Positions 1 to 9,253 of a stretch of 55,558 nt of DNA are shown piece after piece (the first letter of the stretch is position 1; each line of letters starts with the position of its first letter). Origin of the DNA: a virus (taxonomy: Duplodnaviria; Caudoviricetes). The notes beneath the pieces are model-generated. The model saw nothing but the letters and a program-made list of their open reading frames with translations, made no database searches and was not told where the DNA came from. A program made the translations under genes and the position numbers. The stretch spans positions 1 to 55,558 of the IMG/VR virus record IMGVR_UViG_3300037583_000002; one strand, written 5' to 3'.

Positions 1-116
1 TCCCGTCTGTTAGCATTAATCTTGGCATGTAGGTTCGGTGTAAAGTTTTCTGGCGAATTCAATTATACCTTATCTTCATGCTGTTTGTTTTTCATACCAC
101 AAAGATCAACACGCCC
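1..116 (-). mobile_element. Left end of an IS5-family (IS427-like) insertion sequence, truncated by window edge
   Basis: Minus strand begins GGGCGTGTTGATCTTTGTGGTA at 116 (19/22 match to the repeat at 55435), flanked by TA. ATG at 28 gives MPRLMLTDG, typical of IS5-family transposase N-termini. Confidence 0.85.
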
Positions 117-222
117 TAATCTAATTGAGAATTTTAACGCAGGTAGCGACATGTTTAGCCACGCAAAATGATTGAGTATTACGGATTGGTATTATTATGG
201 CTTTTATAAAAAACATAGGTAT

Positions 223-250
223 AAAAAAAGGCGCCTTAAACAGCGCCTTT
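223..250 (-). terminator. Intrinsic terminator downstream of integrase
   Basis: AAAGGCGC/GCGCCTTT stem with T-run on minus strand. Confidence 0.75.
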
Positions 251-298
251 GGATTCAAGTATGTGTGCTTAAAACATATCTTTTTAGGAGAAGATTCG

Positions 299-1480
299 CT
301 AGATAACTGAAATCATTGAATTTTTAACGATTTCAATTTTTGCGGGGTCATCAAGGGTCCAAACCGGTTTAGCATCTGGAATGAATTTCCCATACACCTT
401 ACGAATCATTGCGGTGTCAGTATGCCCTAAATGGGCTGCAACTGTCGACTCCGGTTCACCAGCTTTTAGCATCCAACTGGCGAAACTATGTCGAGTAGTG
501 TAAGGCGCTAGGTAGGCTAAGCCTGCCTTGTTAAGTATTCCCTTCCAATGTTTGGTCGTGAACAGCCTTGACGACGTGTAAGGTTTCCCCATGCTCGTTA
601 CCCAAGCCCTGTCTGAATCGTGAGTCAGCAATTCTTGTTCTAAGGCCAATCTCGCGGAGGACGGAAGGTATATCTTTCTCGCTCGGCCACTCTTCGGCGA
701 TTGTTCTTCTCCGTACTGGGTTAAAGTGCGTTTCACAATTATATAGGGTAGACATACGTCCTCTCTCCTTAATGCTGCTGCCTCCCCTGGTCTTAAACCA
801 GACCAGAAAAGAAATGTAACTAAACGTTTACGGCTCTCACTGGTACAAGCTTTTACAATTCGCTCTGCTTCGTCAATCGTGAACACCTCATTGGACTCTA
901 TACCTTTATGTAGACCTTCGAGTGTTAGCGCTTTTGACTTCGACTCCACGGAATCTAGCATAGGACCAAATCTGTCCTCCTCAAGAACAAGTGCTCTAAC
1001 GGCGCGAGTCACAGCAAAACGTATAAGCCAAAGTCTAAAAGATGCCAACTCTGGTGAGGGCGACTTACTAATAATACCCTCCCTAAGTTCCATAGCCTGT
1101 TTTGGTGTAACGTTCGCCGCGTCTATATGGCCGTAATTCTCTATGACCCATTCCGCGCGTATTGTATAGGTATTATGGGTTGAGCCTTTAACCCTACCTT
1201 TTTTAGCTTTGATGAAGTGCTCTTGGATAACAGCACCCAGCGTTCGCTCGTCTTTTTTCAAACTTGGATCGTTTGGGAAATACTGCGCTAAATCAAACTG
1301 GCCTAAGCTAATATCCCGCCTTATAGCATTCAACATTTGCTCTGCGGCCTTGATATTTGCTTTAGTCGGTGGTATTCCTAATGATCGTTTCCACTGATTC
1401 TTTTCATTCGGTGGGCGAAATGCAATACGCAGCTTGTCTCTGTGTATTGTAATACCCTTGGGTAATTCTAAATCACTCAT
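299..1480 (-). CDS. int: Tyrosine integrase with N-terminal arm-binding domain
   Basis: SGLRPGE (R), SPKS (K), YTTRH (H/YxxR), HLGH and KVY catalytic motifs; CAGGAG RBS. Confidence 0.95.
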   Translation of the reverse strand: MSDLELPKGITIHRDKLRIAFRPPNEKNQWKRSLGIPPTKANIKAAEQMLNAIRRDISLGQFDLAQYFPNDPSLKKDERTLGAVIQEHFIKAKKGRVKGSTHNTYTIRAEWVIENYGHIDAANVTPKQAMELREGIISKSPSPELASFRLWLIRFAVTRAVRALVLEEDRFGPMLDSVESKSKALTLEGLHKGIESNEVFTIDEAERIVKACTSESRKRLVTFLFWSGLRPGEAAALRREDVCLPYIIVKRTLTQYGEEQSPKSGRARKIYLPSSARLALEQELLTHDSDRAWVTSMGKPYTSSRLFTTKHWKGILNKAGLAYLAPYTTRHSFASWMLKAGEPESTVAAHLGHTDTAMIRKVYGKFIPDAKPVWTLDDPAKIEIVKNSMISVI

Positions 1481-1518
1481 ATGTCTATACTCCTGACAGT
1501 GATTACCCCCCGCTATTT

Positions 1519-1547
1519 AGATTAAAGTACGGGGATCTGTGTGTCTA
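1519..1547 (-). promoter_or_regulatory. Candidate sigma70 promoter of integrase, lacking the 17-bp operator
   Basis: TAGACA-17bp-TAATCT on minus strand. Confidence 0.5.
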
Positions 1548-1559
1548 CGTTTTTGACAT

Positions 1560-1598
1560 AAAAAAGCCCCGCCTAGAATGCTACTAGGCGGGGTTTTT
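1560..1598. terminator. Bidirectional terminator ending the structural operon
   Basis: AAAAAGCCCCGCCTAG-loop-CTAGGCGGGGTTTTT. Confidence 0.85.
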
Positions 1599-1611
1599 CG
1601 GTTATGGGCTA

Positions 1612-1770
1612 CTAGCCCTCTAACGCCTCTTTGATCATCGCATGCAACTCATCATCCCACTTTGGTTTTGTGCTCTTGACGAGTTTACCTGAGACAAAAA
1701 GTACAAACTTTACAAAAAACTTTGTCGTAAAAAGCTTAGTAGCTAAGAACGAAAGTAGTTTTCTAAGCAT
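1612..1770 (-). CDS. 52-aa cationic amphipathic peptide (not in ORF track), possible lysis accessory
   Basis: MLRKLLSFLATKLFTTKFFVKFVLFVSGKLVKSTKPKWDDELHAMIKEALEG; start overlaps upstream gene end, AAGGA RBS, stop just before terminator. Confidence 0.75.
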   Translation of the reverse strand: MLRKLLSFLATKLFTTKFFVKFVLFVSGKLVKSTKPKWDDELHAMIKEALEG

Positions 1771-1963
1771 CAGCTTCTTCCTTTTTATCTACTACTGGCA
1801 CAGCTTCTACGAGTTCAGCTAGGCTTTGGCCTTTGAAGCCAACACGCTGCGCAATCTGGCCTAATACTTCGCTAAGCCCCTTACCTTCGTCTTGGGCGTC
1901 GAGTACGCGAGCTTTCAGGCGAATGACCTGAGCCTGTAGTTCGTTTACCTTGTCGTCACCCAT
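1763..1963 (-). CDS. Hypothetical coiled-coil protein
   Basis: TAATG coupling to upstream gene; heptad pattern. Confidence 0.75.
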   Translation of the reverse strand: MGDDKVNELQAQVIRLKARVLDAQDEGKGLSEVLGQIAQRVGFKGQSLAELVEAVPVVDKKEEADA

Positions 1964-2316
1964 TATTCGACCCCGATTACTTCAGTCTTACAATGAAGCT
2001 CTGCCGCCTCTTCTGCGCTCAGTCCGCTGTACTGCTCTGCGGGTAACGCGTAGCTGGCAAAATCTGCGTTGTACGTTTCAGTATCGATAAGGATATAAGG
2101 CGCTGCGCCATTGTCCTTTGCTGTCTGCGACGGCCAGTAGCCAATGCGGTAGTTAAGCGAGAAGCTGGCCGATTCTGACTCAATCTCACCGCTGCCTTCA
2201 CGAATGTCATATACATAAGCTTCGCTTGTATTTGCCGTAAAATCTGAGCGAAGAACCTGAAACACGGCTGCCTCGAACTCAGTACCCTGTGGGTCAGTAA
2301 ATGCTGCTGTAAACAT
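1963..2316 (-). CDS. Acidic hypothetical protein, possibly tail fibre assembly
   Basis: GAGG RBS, upstream TATAAT, position after fibre genes. Confidence 0.7.
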   Translation of the reverse strand: MFTAAFTDPQGTEFEAAVFQVLRSDFTANTSEAYVYDIREGSGEIESESASFSLNYRIGYWPSQTAKDNGAAPYILIDTETYNADFASYALPAEQYSGLSAEEAAELHCKTEVIGVE

Positions 2317-2373
2317 TTTTAAGCCTCTTATTATTAGTGAGCCACGATTATAACGCCCTACTACTCATTAAAA

Positions 2374-2390
2374 AAGTAGTATCACTGTTA
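2374..2390. promoter_or_regulatory. 17-bp operator copy
   Basis: AAGTAGTATCACTGTTA, upstream of a minus-strand TATAAT at 2347-2352. Confidence 0.7.
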
Positions 2391-2403
2391 AAATAAAATA
2401 TAG

Positions 2404-3657
2404 CTACGTGCCTACTGCGCGTACCGTAACACTGGCCGTAGTGCTTAGTGTCTTATCTGGGTAGTCCTTGTGCCTAGCGTACATTCTCACTGTGCAAGTC
2501 ACCCTAAATTCTTCACGTTTTTGCGCTGTAACCGTGACACTCACCGACTTATTCGATGATGACCAAGTGCCTGGGCTGCCAGTATTTGACGATAACTTGG
2601 GTTTTACAGCGGGGTTAGTCGTTCCATAGCCACTGCCGAACTGATAGCTCAGTGTGTACCGAAACTCCGCGTTGTCTTTGATGAACTTACTATACCCTAA
2701 GTCCCAATCGTCAACTTCACCGCTCCATATGTTCCAGCCTACGCCCACACTTCTTGTGCCATAAGAAGTGCTCAGCTGACGGAAAGGTTTATCGGATGGG
2801 TGGAAAGCAATAAAAAACGCTGTAGCCGAGCCCCTAAAGTCTGTGATTCTCAAGGTTCCCGATGTAGGTATGCCAGAATTAGCCGCCATATCAGGGACAT
2901 TACGCCCCTTCCTGAAATAGTCCCTAAGATTGCTGCCGCCCCCGAAGAAGTTTTTAATATTAAGCAGCGATATGTTGCCCGACGTGCGCCCCATGCTAAT
3001 AACGTGATGGCTTGATGGAACAAGCTCGCTACTCGTGCTAAGGCTAACACTGTACACACGACTGCCTATGCGAACCGTTACTGTCTTGCTCGCCAGAGCT
3101 TCCGTAGGTGCTCTATATGCTATTTGGAAATCTCGGCGATAGACTGAATTCATGAATAAGTCAGTAACCCAATTCCCCTCAAAATCACCATCTATAAGCC
3201 TGAAACGAACTTCGGGGTTATCACTGCGCAAGTGCACCACTGTCCTACTCTCTGTTGCAAGCCTGTAGGTTTGGCTTACAACGAACTCGTTTGCGTTAAG
3301 ACCCGAGTATGAAGTGTCTATGGTGCTTGGTGACATCCAATAAGGGTTTGGTTTGTCGATAGAGGAAACAACCCTAATAACAAAACTTCGAGTGGAGCCG
3401 TTGCTGGGGTCGTACACCTCTAGTTGGTCTGTGCTGTAAGGCGCTGAACTCTTGATACGGTATGCTTTTGGTGCACCGTTCTCAACTACCGCAGTAGACG
3501 TGCTAGTCCAGTAGCTGCTAGAGAACCCCCTCACATGTAGCGCCGTTGAGGCGCTAATGTTGGCGAACCTGACAAGGGTGTCACGCTCAACGTTAATTTC
3601 ATAAGGAACATCGTTGAGACGCCCCCTATCAATCTCTATCTCGATGGTGTCTGACAT
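2404..3657 (-). CDS. Tail fibre-associated adhesin / receptor-binding protein
   Basis: Coupled to long fibre; contains SGNISL..I..FFGG..L.DYFR..IPTSGTL.ITDF.G motif seen in phage fibre-tip proteins; Ser/Thr beta-rich. Confidence 0.65.
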   Translation of the reverse strand: MSDTIEIEIDRGRLNDVPYEINVERDTLVRFANISASTALHVRGFSSSYWTSTSTAVVENGAPKAYRIKSSAPYSTDQLEVYDPSNGSTRSFVIRVVSSIDKPNPYWMSPSTIDTSYSGLNANEFVVSQTYRLATESRTVVHLRSDNPEVRFRLIDGDFEGNWVTDLFMNSVYRRDFQIAYRAPTEALASKTVTVRIGSRVYSVSLSTSSELVPSSHHVISMGRTSGNISLLNIKNFFGGGSNLRDYFRKGRNVPDMAANSGIPTSGTLRITDFRGSATAFFIAFHPSDKPFRQLSTSYGTRSVGVGWNIWSGEVDDWDLGYSKFIKDNAEFRYTLSYQFGSGYGTTNPAVKPKLSSNTGSPGTWSSSNKSVSVTVTAQKREEFRVTCTVRMYARHKDYPDKTLSTTASVTVRAVGT

Positions 3658-6600
3658 TACACCTCCTGTAGTTTACGGATACTTTCCGCTTGCGTGTTGA
3701 CGATCTCTTTTAGCTCCTTGACAGCTTCGACTAGCAGGCCGATAACGCCATTGTGCGCAACCTGCAATCTGCCCTCTGTCTCTGTCACTGCCTCTGGTAG
3801 CACTTCCTGTACTTCTTGTGCGATAACACCCGCCGATTGCTTGTCGTCCATATCTTTTCGCGTGTAGGTGTTACCCGTTAGCTTACAGACTTTGCTCAAG
3901 GCGTCAGGGATAACCTTAACGTTGTCCTTAACACGTCTATCAGAAGTCGCTATTAAGTCAGTCGCGGCTACTGTGCCCGATGCAACACAGTTACCTCTAT
4001 AGTCCATGCGGAAATAGCCATCAGTACCATTGCTAGTCCGCGAATTGGTGTACGAAAAGAAACCGAAATAACGGTTGCCCAACCCGCCTACTGACCATGT
4101 ATAGCTAGCGTGCCTCTGTCTTATCGCGGCAGCATACGAGTCCGTTTTAACCGCGTCAGAGTTGTAGACAGCCACTTGGGTACTGTCACGCTGAGAAATC
4201 CATGAGCTACCGTTGTTATCCCTACGAAATCCTTGGTTGGCATGGACTCCACCTGTGGTGCGGATAGACGATGTGCTGCCATTAGTGATGTACAGCATTT
4301 TATTGCCGTATGCGCGTATCCAGTTAGTGTCCGTCATGCGCCAGCCACCACCGTAGGAACTAAAGTAGATACCTTGATCACCTTTAGTGCGCACCCAAGT
4401 ATCGCTACCATTTAGTATGGTATGGCCGTCCTGTTTCAGCCCTCCTTGGGCATCCACAGCGCCTGAGAACTTAACAGTTTGACCACTTACGTCCACGTTC
4501 ACGTAATCAGAACCATCGTACCAAGCATGTTTGAATGCCCTTGTCCCTCCCGATGTAGTTTGGCCGTACCAATGCGCTCTACCTTCGTCCCCCTCGTCCC
4601 GTGTGTCTACTCGCTGATTAGCGCCATTGCTAGAAAATATACGTATGATGTTTCTAACGTACATAGACCCAAGGAACACAGTAGATGAATTAAAGCTTGT
4701 GGTGCTGTACAGGGTTGTTGAACCGTCCTGCTTTGCGCTAAATATACTCTTAGGTGCGCCCTGATTAGTCGACTGTATGAGTAGCGCATTATCGTTTCCG
4801 CCCTTAGAGCCTTGGTACACGAAGTAGAACCCGTAGTCACCTATGGAGTTACCTATGTACATGCTAACGTCGGCGCTATTTTGCTTAGTAGAACCGCCAA
4901 GCGTAAGAACCGTACCTGTTGCGTCTATTTTTTGCCCTGTGGTGAACACGTTTGCGCTAGACTTTTTAGCAACCGAGCCTGTGTTGCCGTTATGCCAAAC
5001 ACGATTGCCGTTAACGTCCAAGTCCTTATTGAAGTAGAAACTTGGGCGGTCTGTGTAGATATGCGCATATGACTCGTTTGCGGGGCCGAAATCGATATAA
5101 CCATATTGGTTGATTGAACGTATACCACCCCACGTGTTAGCCCCTAGCCCAGTATGACCATGATTACTACGCGAGAATGAGGAGGCGTGAAGGCCATCTA
5201 GCTTATCAGCATTACTCGCGTTGACTGCGGTAGCCGTCTTACCAAGATATTTAGACGACAATGTTGTACCGCCTTCAGTGATACTAGGCGCAGACACGTT
5301 GTGGTTAAACACAGCTTCCCCTGTTCTATTCAGTTGGAAAGCTATAGAACCACCATCATATCTAAACCCTAGTACACCGTTTTGGTGGTCAAACTGCCAG
5401 TAGTGATCGCTGTAAGTAGTATCTACAAGATTTAACTGAACATTAGTGTGCCTAATACTCAGCGGCCCCTCAATTGCCCCCCCTTGGTCACTCCGCAGGA
5501 ATTGACTTGAGTTAAGTCCATCTAGCTTATCAGCATTACTCGCGTTGACTGCTGTAGCGCTCTTACCTAAGTACTTAGATGACAACGCTACGCCATTCTC
5601 ATAAAAGTTAACCGAGTGTATTTCTTTAAACTTCCATGAACTCGTACCTAGCAAGCTGTTGCCATTACTGTAGGGCAGTAAGCCACCATTAGTCGCAGGC
5701 ATGCGTAGCCATATATTAGATGACGCTGGATTATTACCAGCGAACATACGCGGGTATGAACTACTGCCCGCCGTATCTAGTGCCACAAAACTAGGCTGTT
5801 CCTTGACCTCTGACCAGCGAACGTCCGTAATGAAACCACCACTAGACACCGTAGGCTCTGAGACAGAGATTGAGAATTGCAGCTTGCCCGCATAGTTATA
5901 CGTGGACGTGGTAGCAGGGCTAAACGACATATTGGAGATAGTGAACTCGTACGTGTACTCATTGCCCTTCGTTGGCGCGGGGAGTATCACCGTATCTTCA
6001 AAGTTGAATGACGTTCGGTATATTCTAAAGCCCTCATCTTCCTCCGAGTACGTAATGGTAGACTCTAATCGGATCTTAGATTGGCCGCTACTGAAATTGT
6101 AAGGCGCGCCATTTACCTTCATTTCTAGGTCGAAACGAACGTCTTTGCGGTTTACTTCATTCGGACCCACTACGCTAATAGTCATCTTCTGCGCGCTACC
6201 ACCTGACTTCAACACAGGCACGGTAATCTTCTTGCCTTGGCCTATACCCGTTGACGACACCGACTTAGTACCACCTAAGATTTCAGCGTCGGGGTTCACA
6301 CGAACAATGCCGTCTTTAAACGCTGGGTCAATCATATGCTCACGAACCGCGCCCGCTGGCAATGACAGATTATCCGATAGAAGCGTTAAGCCATCAACTG
6401 CTAAGCTACCACTGTCAATCGTTTCAGCCGACAAGCGTTGGATAGTCGCTTCGTCCAAGTACATGTAGTTTCTATCTTCCGAGAAGTAGAAAGGGAACTT
6501 AGACTTGTCCAGCTCTGAGCTACCATTCCAGTTTGGCGGTACAATCGCAATTTCATCGGCTTGGAAGTACAGCTTGCCGCCTGCCTCCGCGCCACTGCCA

Positions 6601-8852
6601 TTAGCTAGCAGGTGAACACCCGAAACCTTACCGTTAGCGTCGGCCTTGATCACACGTTCAGCCTTTAGCTCACCTGTTTGTTGATCAACATAGGCTTTAG
6701 ACTCATCAGTGACAGCAGCTAGCGCACCACTATGGCTACTACGACTGTAAACAATGTCGCTAATATATACCGGTGGCATAGTACCGCTACCACCAAGTTG
6801 CAAGAACGGAGCTAGACCATTGTAGCCACTGGCTGTATGCGTGTACGTTCCTTCTACGTATACCCACTTACCTGAGCGGTCAGACGTGCGGATAATCGTA
6901 GGCCAACTTGACTGCTCCACGCCGTCAAGAACTTGCCTAAAACCAATGTTAAACGAAACATTAGTGTCCGTAGTATATACCCACGCTGATATATACACCT
7001 TGTCTCCGACACTTATCGGGAACTTAGCGTTGTAGTCATAGCAATCACGAGACGTAAGTTTTAGGACGTACGGGCGACCCGACAATGTAGGGATTCCAAC
7101 GGCCTGCGTTGAAACGACACTACCAGAAGTCCAACCACCACGGCTTAGGTTAGAGCCGAACACGCCACGGGTCACAAGGTTCGCACGGCTAAAGCTAACC
7201 TCATCTACTTTTGTAGCCATTGCCTCTGTTGTGCTTTCAAGGGTGCTGACACGCGACGTAACCGCAGTAACTTTGCTATAAGCCGAATCAGCCTTAGCCT
7301 GTGCAGTATTTGCTTTGCTCACACCACTATTTGCGGTGTTTTGGGCGTTGTTAGCCTTAGTGGTTGCGGAGTTAGCCGTACTTTGTGCTGCATTCGCTTT
7401 ATTAACCCCACTTGTCGCAGTTGTTTCAACAGTGCTCAAGCGTGAAGCATGGCCTTCGCTAGTTTCTTCCAGTGTAGAGACACGGTTAGTTACCTCTGTA
7501 ACCTTCGTATTCGCGCTGTCCGCCGTTTCCTGAGCGTTATCCGCCGCAGTTTGTGCAGCATTAGCCTTTGATATACCACTATTCGCTGTATTTTGAGCTG
7601 CATTTGCTTTTGATACAGCGGTAGTCGCCTTCGTCTCAACATTAGTTAAACGTGAAGCATGGCCTTCGGTAGTTTCTTCTAAAGTAGACACACGGTTAGT
7701 TACTTCGCTAACCGATTCATTCGCGGTATCAGCAGAAGCTTGGGCGGCGTTAGCTTTATTAACACCCGTTGTAGCTTTGGTTTCAACGTTTGTTAAGCGC
7801 GTTGCATGGCCTTCGCTCGTTTGCTCTAACGTAGATACCTTAGACTCGATATCGTCCGCTTTCGTTTCAACGTTCGTAAGCCGAGTAGCGTGAGTTCGCG
7901 TTGTCTCCTCAAGAGCAGCCGCACGGTTCTGAGCATTGGTAGACCTCGTCTCTACAGTAGATAGCCTTGAAGCATGGCTTGACGACGTAGACTCAAGTGA
8001 TGCTATCTTAGAATCCGCTTCTTCACCTCGTGTTTCAAGTGTTCGGATCAAGCTAGCATTCTCAGCATCGGCTTCTTCCAGCATTTTAATAGTAGCGAAC
8101 GATTCACCGTCCCAAACACCAAGACTAGATAAGCGTGTAGCCTGTTCGCCCGACGTTGACTCTAACGAAGCTACACGTGAGCGAGTGCTGCCGTCATTAG
8201 TCTCAAGCACAGCGATTTTTTGCGCTTGTTCATCAGTAGTATTTTCAAGCTGCGTGATAGACGAACCTTGCTCACCACTTAGGCTAACTAGATTTAGCAG
8301 GTCATTCTCGACCTCGCTAATAGACTCATTTAACGAATCCATTGAGCTTGAGAAGTCTACTTGTGCGGTTTGGAGGGCTTGGCTAAGCGCCACATCAGCA
8401 GCTTTTAAGCGAGAATCAGCGTCCGCCAAAGCTTGCTCGACTGTATACAGGCCATCATTAACATCATATAACGAACTATTGTACCCGTCCTGTTTCTCTA
8501 GTATTTCTGCTAAGACTTCGGGGTCTACGTCTTTACCGTCTGCACCTTTGATTAGAGACCAATCGTAAAGCGACGGGTCTGATAGGTCGGGTTCTTCAAC
8601 TCGTTGGCCTACAGCGAAGCCTATGTATTCTTTGCCTTCTGGGGAAAGACTAATACCATTGCCGAACGCATCATCAGCGTATGCCTTCCAAATATGGTAA
8701 GCTGGGCCTTGAGCCTCGGCAGCTAGGTCTATCAGGTGCCAAGCACCGTCTAACCTCGCATACAACGCGGTGTGGTCGTCCCACACCCCGTTTTGTTTTA
8801 TCTTTATTGACGAGACTCGTTGCCAAGTCCCGTTTATTTTTATAGCCGACAT
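3657..8852 (-). CDS. Long tail fibre with coiled-coil shaft, CBM-like domain and C-terminal peptidase S74 chaperone
   Basis: Repeats LEETTEGHASRLTNVETKA; 2x NADKLDGL; C-terminal SDRRVKDN...GVIAQEVQEVLPEAV...LLVEAVKEL. Confidence 0.92.
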   Translation of the reverse strand: MSAIKINGTWQRVSSIKIKQNGVWDDHTALYARLDGAWHLIDLAAEAQGPAYHIWKAYADDAFGNGISLSPEGKEYIGFAVGQRVEEPDLSDPSLYDWSLIKGADGKDVDPEVLAEILEKQDGYNSSLYDVNDGLYTVEQALADADSRLKAADVALSQALQTAQVDFSSSMDSLNESISEVENDLLNLVSLSGEQGSSITQLENTTDEQAQKIAVLETNDGSTRSRVASLESTSGEQATRLSSLGVWDGESFATIKMLEEADAENASLIRTLETRGEEADSKIASLESTSSSHASRLSTVETRSTNAQNRAAALEETTRTHATRLTNVETKADDIESKVSTLEQTSEGHATRLTNVETKATTGVNKANAAQASADTANESVSEVTNRVSTLEETTEGHASRLTNVETKATTAVSKANAAQNTANSGISKANAAQTAADNAQETADSANTKVTEVTNRVSTLEETSEGHASRLSTVETTATSGVNKANAAQSTANSATTKANNAQNTANSGVSKANTAQAKADSAYSKVTAVTSRVSTLESTTEAMATKVDEVSFSRANLVTRGVFGSNLSRGGWTSGSVVSTQAVGIPTLSGRPYVLKLTSRDCYDYNAKFPISVGDKVYISAWVYTTDTNVSFNIGFRQVLDGVEQSSWPTIIRTSDRSGKWVYVEGTYTHTASGYNGLAPFLQLGGSGTMPPVYISDIVYSRSSHSGALAAVTDESKAYVDQQTGELKAERVIKADANGKVSGVHLLANGSGAEAGGKLYFQADEIAIVPPNWNGSSELDKSKFPFYFSEDRNYMYLDEATIQRLSAETIDSGSLAVDGLTLLSDNLSLPAGAVREHMIDPAFKDGIVRVNPDAEILGGTKSVSSTGIGQGKKITVPVLKSGGSAQKMTISVVGPNEVNRKDVRFDLEMKVNGAPYNFSSGQSKIRLESTITYSEEDEGFRIYRTSFNFEDTVILPAPTKGNEYTYEFTISNMSFSPATTSTYNYAGKLQFSISVSEPTVSSGGFITDVRWSEVKEQPSFVALDTAGSSSYPRMFAGNNPASSNIWLRMPATNGGLLPYSNGNSLLGTSSWKFKEIHSVNFYENGVALSSKYLGKSATAVNASNADKLDGLNSSQFLRSDQGGAIEGPLSIRHTNVQLNLVDTTYSDHYWQFDHQNGVLGFRYDGGSIAFQLNRTGEAVFNHNVSAPSITEGGTTLSSKYLGKTATAVNASNADKLDGLHASSFSRSNHGHTGLGANTWGGIRSINQYGYIDFGPANESYAHIYTDRPSFYFNKDLDVNGNRVWHNGNTGSVAKKSSANVFTTGQKIDATGTVLTLGGSTKQNSADVSMYIGNSIGDYGFYFVYQGSKGGNDNALLIQSTNQGAPKSIFSAKQDGSTTLYSTTSFNSSTVFLGSMYVRNIIRIFSSNGANQRVDTRDEGDEGRAHWYGQTTSGGTRAFKHAWYDGSDYVNVDVSGQTVKFSGAVDAQGGLKQDGHTILNGSDTWVRTKGDQGIYFSSYGGGWRMTDTNWIRAYGNKMLYITNGSTSSIRTTGGVHANQGFRRDNNGSSWISQRDSTQVAVYNSDAVKTDSYAAAIRQRHASYTWSVGGLGNRYFGFFSYTNSRTSNGTDGYFRMDYRGNCVASGTVAATDLIATSDRRVKDNVKVIPDALSKVCKLTGNTYTRKDMDDKQSAGVIAQEVQEVLPEAVTETEGRLQVAHNGVIGLLVEAVKELKEIVNTQAESIRKLQEV
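5194..5552. repeat. 35-bp perfect direct repeat in tail fibre (5194-5228, 5518-5552)
   Basis: CCATCTAGCTTATCAGCATTACTCGCGTTGACTGC twice. Confidence 0.9.
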
Positions 8853-8864
8853 TGCGGTTTTCCA

Positions 8865-9242
8865 TTAGGGGGCTGCGACAATCCAAATGTCACCGTCTTT
8901 ACCCTGCCCCGCGCTTGGGGCTGTGGTTGAGACAGTAACGCGATTACCTAGCTTCTCTAATGTATCACTGACTTGCGCTGCAAGACGTGTGTTTGTGGTT
9001 GCTGACACGCTGCGCATAATACCATATAACACATTGTTTTTTGTAGTTAAGTTGTATGGTTTATCGATGCGAATTGTCGAGTCATCAATAACCTCCATTA
9101 CCTCATAAACACGGGTATCAAGTACGAACATATCTCCCTCAGCGGGCTTGTTTGCGGCCGATGCCCAATACGTACCGATGCCCTCAACAATGTCACTATT
9201 TTTAGTTAGATTAACAACACCCGTTCTGTACCATTTACTCAT
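8865..9242 (-). CDS. Tail fibre anchoring protein
   Basis: WYRTG.V.....S..V.G.GT.W fibre N-terminal motif and STTAPS..GKDGDIW C-terminus. Confidence 0.75.
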   Translation of the reverse strand: MSKWYRTGVVNLTKNSDIVEGIGTYWASAANKPAEGDMFVLDTRVYEVMEVIDDSTIRIDKPYNLTTKNNVLYGIMRSVSATTNTRLAAQVSDTLEKLGNRVTVSTTAPSAGQGKDGDIWIVAAP

Positions 9243-9253
9243 TAATTTTACCT

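Noticed and set aside
117-298. attL/attR core shared with 55350-55434, or a tRNA target
   Set aside because: No direct repeat or tRNA-like sequence found by eye
5194-5552. Tail fibre repeat as DGR template/variable pair or shufflon site
   Set aside because: No reverse transcriptase or invertase; no adenine-specific mismatch pattern; repeats are direct
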